64,000 nucleotides of DNA from Longimicrobiales bacterium (GTDB lineage Bacteria > Gemmatimonadota > Gemmatimonadetes > Longimicrobiales > Gaopeijiaceae), in contig CBDBCF010000001.1 of the NCBI GenBank assembly GCA_965202985.1, positions 96,001-160,000 on the forward strand, in the 5' to 3' direction. A model generated the notes under the pieces. It worked only from the letters and a program-made list of their open reading frames with translations. It was not told the origin of the DNA and made no database searches. The translations under genes were made by a program, and so were the position numbers. This document shows positions 31,185-38,432 of this stretch, piece after piece; positions within the stretch are counted from its first letter, which is position 1; each line of letters starts with the position of its first letter.

Positions 31185-32423
31185 TCAGCTTGCGGGCGTG
31201 CCATCGCTCACGATGCCCCGACGGACCAGCGCCGCCACCTCGTCTTCCGCGAATCCGTACTCCGCCAGCACCTCGGCCGTGTGTTCGCCGAGCCCCGGGG
31301 CGCCTTTCGTTACGGCCGCGCCGGTCGAGCCCGACAGCTTGACGGGCATCCCCAGCGTCTGGGCGGTGCCGCCGTCCTGGGGCACGGTGACGACCATCTC
31401 GCGAGCGGCGGTTTGGGGGTGGCGCAGCATCTCCCAGATCGAGGACACGGGTCCGGCCGGCACCGCAGCATCTTCGAAGCGCGTCAGCCACTCGTCGGTC
31501 GTGGACGCACGCAGCCGTTGCGCCAGCACTTCGCGCAGCGCGTTCACGTGGGCCATGCGGTCGGCGTTGGTCGCGAACCGCGGGTCGTCCGCCAGGTCGG
31601 GCAGCTCCATGGCGCGCACCAGCCGAAGCCAGTTGACTTGGTTCCAGCCGCCAACCGTGATCCAGCCGTCGGCGGTGGGCAGCGCCTCGTAGGGGGCGGC
31701 CATAGGGTGGGCCGAGCCGAGCGGACCCGGCGACTCGCCCGTGGCGAACGCCACTGCGGACTGCCAGAACGTCTGGACGATGCCGGCCTCGTACAGCGAC
31801 GTGTCCACGCGCTGACCCCGGCCCGTCTTCTCGCGGGCGAAGAGGGCCGTGGCCACCCCCATGGCGCCCAGGATGCCAGCCGTGATGTCGGTGAGCGGCG
31901 GTCCGCACTTCACGGGCGGGCGGCCCGGTCCTTCGCCCGTCACGCTGAGCAGCCCGGTCATGCCTTGGGCCACCAGGTCGAAGCCGCGGCGGTCCGCCAG
32001 CGGCCCCGTCCGGCCGAAGCCGGTGATCTGGCAGTAGACGAGCCCGGGGTTGTCCTGCCGCAGGAACTCGTACCCCAGCCCGAAGCGCTCCATGACCCCC
32101 GGCTTGAAGTTCTCGATCACCACGTCGCACTGCGCGAGCATCCGTTGCAGCACCGCCGGGCCGCCCTCCGCCTTCCAGTCCACCGCGATGCCCCGCTTGT
32201 TACGGTTCAGCATGAGGAACGCCCCGTCCTGCGCGCCTTCGGCGCCCGGCGCGAACGCGCGGGTCGGGTCGCCTGCGCCCGGCGGCTCCACCTTCACCAC
32301 GTCGGCCCCCAGGTCCGCCAGCATCCGCCCGCAGACCGGGCCGGCCATGACGTGGGCCAGCTCGACGACGCGGACCCCGGACAGGGCGCCCTCGCCCGTC
32401 GGCGGCCCGGCGCGCGCGTCCAG
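31185..32423 (-). CDS. CaiB/BaiF (class III) CoA-transferase
   Basis: MAGP, LADLGADVVKVE, NRNKR, ENFKPG, GFGRTGP, GFDLVAQ, APGLGEHT. Start placed tentatively at CTG 32423. Confidence 0.9.
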   Translation of the reverse strand: MDARAGPPTGEGALSGVRVVELAHVMAGPVCGRMLADLGADVVKVEPPGAGDPTRAFAPGAEGAQDGAFLMLNRNKRGIAVDWKAEGGPAVLQRMLAQCDVVIENFKPGVMERFGLGYEFLRQDNPGLVYCQITGFGRTGPLADRRGFDLVAQGMTGLLSVTGEGPGRPPVKCGPPLTDITAGILGAMGVATALFAREKTGRGQRVDTSLYEAGIVQTFWQSAVAFATGESPGPLGSAHPMAAPYEALPTADGWITVGGWNQVNWLRLVRAMELPDLADDPRFATNADRMAHVNALREVLAQRLRASTTDEWLTRFEDAAVPAGPVSSIWEMLRHPQTAAREMVVTVPQDGGTAQTLGMPVKLSGSTGAAVTKGAPGLGEHTAEVLAEYGFAEDEVAALVRRGIVSDGTPAS

Positions 32424-32437
32424 CGTCTCCCCTTCCC

Positions 32438-33244
32438 CTATTCTCCCGCGAACCGGGGCGCGCGCTTCTCCACGAACGCGGCCCGGCCCTCCCGGTAGTC
32501 CCGCGTGCGGAACGCCTCGTACGCCTCGTCCTGCTCGGCGCGCGAGACCGCGCCGCCCTCCAGCGCTCGTCGCACGAACTTCTTGTGCCACCGGTTCACC
32601 AGCGGCGCGCCCGCCGAGATCGTTCCAGCCAGCCGCAGCGCCTCTTCCACGACGTGGCCGTCTGGGACGATCCGGGCGACCAAGCCCATCTCGCGGGCCC
32701 GGCTCGCGTCCACGAACTCGCCGGTCAGCAGCAGCTCCAGCACGGCCCCGGCCCCGGACGCCGCCAGAACCGGCGCCATCTCGTCGTAGGACATCGTCAG
32801 GCCCAGGCGGTTCACGGGGATGCCGAAGCGGCTGGACTGGCCGCAGACGCCCAGGTCGCACGCCGCCGCCACCGCCAATCCGCCGCCCGCGCACACGCCC
32901 TCCACCGCCGCCACCGTAGGATGCGGACAGCCGCGCACCGCCCCCAAGCCATGCGCCACGACCTCGGCGTACCGCCGTACCTGTTCGGGCGTGTCGCGCT
33001 GCTCGGCGAACGCCCCGATGTCGGACCCGGCGGAGAACGCGCGGTCCCCCGCGCCCCGCACCACCACGCAGCGCACGCCGTCGTCCGCCGACACGTCGTC
33101 GAAGACGCGCCCAAGAAGCGCCCAGCCCTCGCGGTCAAGCACGTTGAGCTTGGCCGGACGGTTCAACGTCGCGACGACGATGCCGCCCGTCCGGCGCTCC
33201 ACGGTCACGCGACCTGCCGGCGCGTCCGGCATGGACTTGCTCAT
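32438..33244 (-). CDS. Enoyl-CoA hydratase/isomerase
   Basis: LNRPAKLN, AFSAGSDI, CAGGG, DYREGRAAFVEKRAPRF; ATG overlaps the OsmC stop. Confidence 0.9.
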   Translation of the reverse strand: MSKSMPDAPAGRVTVERRTGGIVVATLNRPAKLNVLDREGWALLGRVFDDVSADDGVRCVVVRGAGDRAFSAGSDIGAFAEQRDTPEQVRRYAEVVAHGLGAVRGCPHPTVAAVEGVCAGGGLAVAAACDLGVCGQSSRFGIPVNRLGLTMSYDEMAPVLAASGAGAVLELLLTGEFVDASRAREMGLVARIVPDGHVVEEALRLAGTISAGAPLVNRWHKKFVRRALEGGAVSRAEQDEAYEAFRTRDYREGRAAFVEKRAPRFAGE

Positions 33245-33726
33245 GCGCGGCCCTGGGGCGCCCCGGCCTCCTCGATCTCGGCCGACCAGGAGACTTCCAC
33301 CGAGTCCTTGAGGCTCTGGACGGTCGGGCACTTGGCGACGTGACTGGCCAGCGCCCGGTCGATCTTGTCGCGCGGCGCCCCGGCAGGCGGCCGGATCTTG
33401 TAGCGGACGTTGATCTTCGTCAGAACGACGACCCGGTCCACGACCTCGTTGACGCCCTCGGCCTCGGCGGAGACCGCACCGTCGTCCATGGGAATCCCGC
33501 GCACCTCCAGTGCGCCGTTCAGGGTCCCCAGGAGTCAGCCGGCGGCAGCCGCCACCAAGTAGTCCACCGGCAACGGCAGGTCGGGTTCGGCGTCCAACCG
33601 AAAGTGCTTCTTGACGGGGCCGTGGACCCCGAAGTCCACGCGCGTGCCGTCGGCCAGGGTGGCGCGCCGGTGGACGCCGGCCACCTTGACGACGCTGGTC
33701 CGAGCGGTGTAGAAGGCTTTGCTCAT
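33241..33726 (-). CDS. OsmC-family protein with in-frame UGA, probable selenoprotein (161 aa)
   Basis: Two track ORFs join in frame across TGA 33537-33535: PVDYLVAAAAG-U-LLGTL...KCPTVQSL. Confidence 0.85.
33486..33533 (-). promoter_or_regulatory. Candidate bacterial SECIS hairpin
   Basis: mRNA after UGA: upper stem GCGCAC-UGGAG-GUGCGC (33515-33499); loop starts 25 nt after UGA with G at position 2; lower stem UGGGGA/UUCCCA plus CCC/GGG. Confidence 0.7.
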
Positions 33727-33901
33727 CGGGATGTTTCTCGCTGGGAGTTGGGGAGAGGCGCAAGGGGACGGGCGGTTCGCGAAGGCACCGCCAAGGAGCG
33801 TCCCCAAAGTCGAATGTACAGCGCGCCGAAGCCTGGGGCGCTGAGACGGCTGGGCGCCGCTCGGTTGCGTGGTCGCTGGGTGACTATCGCCGCCGGGGCG
33901 A

Positions 33902-35182
33902 TCACCGGTACAGCCACTCCACCAGCGCCATGGGCAGGCCGGGCAGGTAGGTGACCATGAGCAGCACCGCCAGCAGCACGCCCACGAAGGGCAAGTTGGC
34001 CTTGGTGACGCCCCAGATGTCGGCCTTGGCCACGGAGCAGGCCGTGACCAGCACCGAGGCCACCGGAGGCGTCTGCTGACCGATCGCCAGGTTCAGCGTC
34101 ACGACCAGCCCGAAGTGCACGGGGTCGATGCCCACGCTGTGCACTAGCGGCATCACGATCGGCACCACCAGGATGATCGCGGCCGCCGAGTGCAGGAAGA
34201 GCCCGATGGCCAGCAGGAAGACGTTGAGCAGGCCGAGGACTGCCAGCTTGGACTCGGTGACGCCCATGATCGCCGACGCCACCTGCTGGGGCACGCGGGC
34301 CTCCGTCAGGTAGTCGCCCAGCAGCGCCGACGTGGCCACCAACAGCATGACGACCGCGGTCTGGCTGCCGCTGTCCAGGATCGCGCGCTTCAGGCCCTTC
34401 CAGTCGAGTTCGCGGTAGACGAGTCCGCCGATAACAAGCGACGCCGCCACGGCCAGGCCGGCGCCCTCGGTGGCCGTGACCCAGCCGCCGAAGATGCCGC
34501 CCAGGATGATCACCGGAAGCAGCAGCGACCAGCCCGCGGCCCGGAACGTCTCGGCCACGCGGCGGAAGCGGAACGCCTCCTCCATCGGCAGGTCGGCTCG
34601 GCGCGCCCAGATGTACGCGACCAGCATCATCAGCAGGCCGCCGATCACGCCGGGCACGATCCCGGCCACGAAGAGCTCGACGACGGAGCTGCTCGACATG
34701 ACGCCGTACAGGATCATCGGGATCGACGGCGGGATGATCACGGCCAGCGTGCCCGACGAAGAGGTGACGGCGGCGGCGAAGTTGCGCGAATAGCCCTTCT
34801 TCTTCATCGCCGGAATCAGGATCGAGCCCAGCGCCGCCACGTCGGCCACCGCGCTCCCCGATATCTCCGCGAAGAAGAGCGACGCCGAGATGCTCACCAT
34901 CGCCAGCCCGCCCCGGATGAAGCCGAAGACGGCGGACGCGAACGCCACCAGCCGCCGCGAGATCCCCGAAGCGTTCATGATGGCGCCCGCCAGGATGAAC
35001 AACGGGATCGCGATCAGCGGGAACCGCGTCGCCCCCGAATACATGACCAGCCCCACGTTGGGCAGCCCTTCGACCCCCGCGGCGCCCACGATCGCCGCCA
35101 CCGCCATGAGCCCCAGCGCCACCGCGACTGGCACGTTCAGCAGGACCAGCACCAGGAACAGGACGACGACGCCCGCGCTCAC
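33902..35182 (-). CDS. dctM: TRAP transporter large permease
   Basis: AIPLFILAG, ISGSAVAD, IIPPSIP, GIDPVHFG, TPPV. Confidence 0.92.
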   Translation of the reverse strand: MSAGVVVLFLVLVLLNVPVAVALGLMAVAAIVGAAGVEGLPNVGLVMYSGATRFPLIAIPLFILAGAIMNASGISRRLVAFASAVFGFIRGGLAMVSISASLFFAEISGSAVADVAALGSILIPAMKKKGYSRNFAAAVTSSSGTLAVIIPPSIPMILYGVMSSSSVVELFVAGIVPGVIGGLLMMLVAYIWARRADLPMEEAFRFRRVAETFRAAGWSLLLPVIILGGIFGGWVTATEGAGLAVAASLVIGGLVYRELDWKGLKRAILDSGSQTAVVMLLVATSALLGDYLTEARVPQQVASAIMGVTESKLAVLGLLNVFLLAIGLFLHSAAAIILVVPIVMPLVHSVGIDPVHFGLVVTLNLAIGQQTPPVASVLVTACSVAKADIWGVTKANLPFVGVLLAVLLMVTYLPGLPMALVEWLYR

Positions 35183-35183
35183 G

Positions 35184-35696
35184 TCAGCCCTCCCGCTCCG
35201 GACTGCCCGCCCCCGCCAGCGCCTCCGGAAGGCTGAACGCCTGCGCCGCTAGACACAGCACCGCGCCGACCGGAATGACCGACTGGGCCAGCGCCGCGGG
35301 CACCTGGGGCATGCTGACCAGCGTGTCTCCCGCCAGCGACATCTGCACCTGCCACCCCGCCCAGGCCAGGACCACGAAGAAGAGCGCCGTCGCGCCCTCG
35401 GCGAGCAGCACGGCCCCGGTCCGCGCCCGCCCCCGCAACCGCTCCACCAGCGTCGGCACGCCGATGTGCCCCCGCCGCAGGAAGGCCAGCGCGGCGCCGT
35501 AGTAGGTCAGCCACGCCAGCAGGATCGACGCCGCCTCGTCGTACCACACCAGCGACGCCCCCGCCTTGCGGAAGCCGACCCCCAGCACCACGACCGCCGC
35601 TAGCGCCACCGCCAGGATGATCACGATCCACTCGAGCCCGATGCGGAACGCGGCGCGAAGCTTCGGAAGGTCAGGGCGAGCCTTGGCGACCGTCAT
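35184..35696 (-). CDS. dctQ: TRAP transporter small permease
   Basis: WYDE...WLTYYGAAL...HIGV; 4 TM; adjacent to dctM. Confidence 0.88.
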   Translation of the reverse strand: MTVAKARPDLPKLRAAFRIGLEWIVIILAVALAAVVVLGVGFRKAGASLVWYDEAASILLAWLTYYGAALAFLRRGHIGVPTLVERLRGRARTGAVLLAEGATALFFVVLAWAGWQVQMSLAGDTLVSMPQVPAALAQSVIPVGAVLCLAAQAFSLPEALAGAGSPEREG

Positions 35697-35792
35697 GGGC
35701 GCATCGGCATGGCGCGCCTGGACGCCCGCATACGACTTGGCGGCAGGCCGGCGGAATCCGACTCGGGACCCTCCACGCCTAGTCTGGTCCAG

Positions 35793-36074
35793 CTAGCGAA
35801 CGACGGAGATGCCGTTGGCCGCCTCGGCCAGCAGGTCGTCCCCCGTGTCGCATTCCACCGCGGCGTCGAACACCTGGACCAGCTGCTCGGGCTCCATCAC
35901 CCCCACCAATTCCTCCAGACGCTTCGCCGTCTCCGCCCCGAACTTCCGCGACGCCAGACGAAGCACCATCTCCCGGCGACCCCGCGCCACGCCCCGCTTC
36001 ACGCCCTTCCTTACGCCCTTCGCCATGCCCGTGCGCTGTTGTTCCTCCACCCACTGCTCGTACGTCTGCTCCAT
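35793..36074 (-). CDS. Putative internally initiated small Rpn isoform (RpnS-like antitoxin, 93 aa)
   Basis: AGGAGGT (36088-36082), 7 nt, in-frame ATG 36074 just before the C-terminal domain. Confidence 0.6.
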   Translation of the reverse strand: MEQTYEQWVEEQQRTGMAKGVRKGVKRGVARGRREMVLRLASRKFGAETAKRLEELVGVMEPEQLVQVFDAAVECDTGDDLLAEAANGISVVR

Positions 36075-36962
36075 CTCCGGCACCTCCTCTGGTTGAATGA
36101 TCTGCCGCTCGACGACCCGCCTCCGCTCCGTCGGCACGCCCGCCGCGCGCATCCGCTCGTCCGTCCACTTCGCGAACGCCCGGCGCGCCGACGCATGCTC
36201 CTCCCCGGCCCACTGCTTTGCCAATGAAGCGTGCACCCGCCGAAAGGCGCCCCACGGCTTCCGCTCCAACGCGCCCAGCCAGCCCAGCAACGAACCCTCC
36301 GGCAGCAAGTCTTGCGCCGACGCCGACTGCAAGTCAAGCACTTCGTAGCTGTGCGTGCTCGCGCCGGCGCCGGCCCAGACCGCGCCGGGAGGCGGCGCCG
36401 GCGTGCGCGTCAGGGCGGCCAAACTGGTCGCTGCGGTCCAGGGCTCCGGGCCGGTGTGGAGGACGCGGGCGAGAACGAGGGGCACGGAGCCGTCGGGGTC
36501 CAGCATCTTCGGGTTGGCACGCAGCATCTCGATCGTCCCGGTGGCGTAGCCCAAGGTGCGGAGCGCCATGTCGGGATCGTGGGAGGACTGGAACTCGACC
36601 AGGAAGACGACCGAGGCGGCGCTGTCCTTGAACCAGACGCGCACCGCGAGGTCGGCCAGCCTGCGTTCGAGGCCCGGGGAGATCGTCTCGGTGGGGACGA
36701 GTTCGGCGGTGTCGAGGTCGAGGACGTCGTGGCCTCCGGCGGCGAGGAAGTCGCGGATCAGGGACTTGATGGCCACGTCGTGGGCGAAGAGGGCCTTGTA
36801 GGTCTGGTCGTGGGGACGCCGCTCGCGCCGGCTGGGACCGGCGTCGGCCGGGTCCGGGGCGTCATTGGACGGGTCCGGGGTCTCGCCGGCGGTGGCCTCG
36901 TCGGGGGAGCGGAGAGCGTCGCTAGCGCTGGGGGATCGGGGTTCGCTGCGGGGTCGGTCCAT
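35793..36962 (-). CDS. Rpn/YhgA-family PD-(D/E)XK nuclease with DUF4351-like C-terminus
   Basis: HDQTYKALF, RLADL, LVEFQS..DPDMALR, G-xx-xG repeats, LRLASRKFG. Start uncertain. Confidence 0.85.
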   Translation of the reverse strand: MDRPRSEPRSPSASDALRSPDEATAGETPDPSNDAPDPADAGPSRRERRPHDQTYKALFAHDVAIKSLIRDFLAAGGHDVLDLDTAELVPTETISPGLERRLADLAVRVWFKDSAASVVFLVEFQSSHDPDMALRTLGYATGTIEMLRANPKMLDPDGSVPLVLARVLHTGPEPWTAATSLAALTRTPAPPPGAVWAGAGASTHSYEVLDLQSASAQDLLPEGSLLGWLGALERKPWGAFRRVHASLAKQWAGEEHASARRAFAKWTDERMRAAGVPTERRRVVERQIIQPEEVPEMEQTYEQWVEEQQRTGMAKGVRKGVKRGVARGRREMVLRLASRKFGAETAKRLEELVGVMEPEQLVQVFDAAVECDTGDDLLAEAANGISVVR

Positions 36963-37149
36963 CTGGACGAGCGGCCTTTCTCGAGTGGGTCTCGTGCCGC
37001 CTCTCCGGGGCGGATACCCAAAACGATGGGGCCGAAATCGGGGCGTTTGGATAGCTGTTTGAGCCCGACTTGCAGCGCGTGCCCGCGAATCCGCGCCGCC
37101 CCCTTGCGGCGCCACGGATTTCGCTCGTTTCGGGCGGGGAAAATCAGCC

Positions 37150-38202
37150 CTAGTCGAACGCCAGCGGCAGGACCCTGGCGACCAACGCGCCCCCCGCCTC
37201 CACCTCCGAGCCGAACTCCTCGTATATCGCCTGGCTGCCCTCCAGGAACAGCGTCCGATCCACGGCGTTCACGGCCACTCCGGCGGCGCGAATCTCCTCC
37301 AGCAGGTCGCGGTCCAGCCGCTCGGCAGTCTCGTAGACGAACGACTGAACGGCCCTGGCCTCCTGCTCCAGGACCGTGCGCACCTCTTGCGGCAACCGGT
37401 TCCAGCGGGACGGCGACACGGCGACGTAGGCGGGCGTGTAGACGTGGGCGGTCATCGACAGGTACTTCTGCTCTTCGTGGAGCTTGGAGGCGTAAATCTG
37501 CGCCAGCGGGTTCTCCTGGCCGTCCACGGCGCCGGTGCGCAGCGCCACGAAGACCTCGGAGAGCGCCATCGGCGTAGGGTTGGCGCCGAAGCGCTGGAAG
37601 AGCTTTACGCGCCAGACGCCGCGGGGCGTGCGGAGCTTGATCCCGGCCAAGTCCGCCGGCGAAGCGACCGGCCGCACGTTGTTGGTGACGTGGCGGAAGC
37701 CGTTCTCCCACACCGAGATGATCTTGTAGCCCTCGGCCTCCGCCAGCGGCGCCAGCTCGGACCAGAACAGCTCCTCTTCGATCTTCTTCATGTGCTCGCG
37801 GTCGTCCACGATGTACGGCATCTCGAAGAGCCCGAACTCGTCGATCCGCGACGACATGACCGACGACGGCAGCGCCAAGTCCACCGTCCCCAGCTTGAGC
37901 TTCTGAAGCAGGACCTCGTCGCCCCCCAACTGGCTGGACCCGTAGACGATCACGCTGGCCCGCCCTTGCAGGCGCAGGTTCGCCCGGCGAGCGAACTCGT
38001 CCGCGGACAGGGCGAAGAGGGAACCGGGCGCGCCCACATGGCCGAATTTGAGTTCGACGGGGCCGTCGGGGGTCCGTTCGCCGCAAGCGACCGCGGGCAG
38101 AACCAGGAGAGCCAGCGCCGCCCAAGTCCGTCGCGCCACGCCGTCGGTGGTCGTCGTAGGAGCCCGCCCCGCGCAGACAGCGATCGATCGCCGAATCCTC
38201 AT
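37150..38202 (-). CDS. dctP: TRAP transporter substrate-binding protein
   Basis: SQLGGD, ENGFRHVTNN, DLAGIKLR, VDGQENP, HVYTP. Confidence 0.92.
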   Translation of the reverse strand: MRIRRSIAVCAGRAPTTTTDGVARRTWAALALLVLPAVACGERTPDGPVELKFGHVGAPGSLFALSADEFARRANLRLQGRASVIVYGSSQLGGDEVLLQKLKLGTVDLALPSSVMSSRIDEFGLFEMPYIVDDREHMKKIEEELFWSELAPLAEAEGYKIISVWENGFRHVTNNVRPVASPADLAGIKLRTPRGVWRVKLFQRFGANPTPMALSEVFVALRTGAVDGQENPLAQIYASKLHEEQKYLSMTAHVYTPAYVAVSPSRWNRLPQEVRTVLEQEARAVQSFVYETAERLDRDLLEEIRAAGVAVNAVDRTLFLEGSQAIYEEFGSEVEAGGALVARVLPLAFD

Positions 38203-38432
38203 TTCGCTCCTCTTCCTCTTGTCGCGTCGCGTGTCGTCGTGTCGCACTTCGACGCTGTCGGTCGCCCTCGCCTTGGGTCGTCGCGCCCTTGCCTTGCACG
38301 GGAAGTCGCGTTGCCCCCAGCCTGTTCCCTTCCCCCTGTTCCCTTCCCCGCAGTCGGCTGGACCCCGACATCGGCCCAACCCGACCTCGGCCCGACAAGA
38401 AGGCGCCGCTCCTTGCAAAGCCGAAGATAGTA

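Noticed and set aside
33241..33807. Two separate small genes or an OsmC pseudogene, as the ORF track implies
   Set aside because: The single stop is TGA at the expected catalytic Cys, both halves are intact and a SECIS-like hairpin follows.
35793..36962. Rpn as a bona fide IS transposase
   Set aside because: No DDE or HUH motifs or terminal inverted repeats; the family is a PD-(D/E)XK nuclease.
38321..38349. 14-bp pyrimidine-rich tandem repeat and GTCGC-rich run in the dctP/oxidoreductase intergenic region
   Set aside because: Two low-complexity copies with no supportable function.
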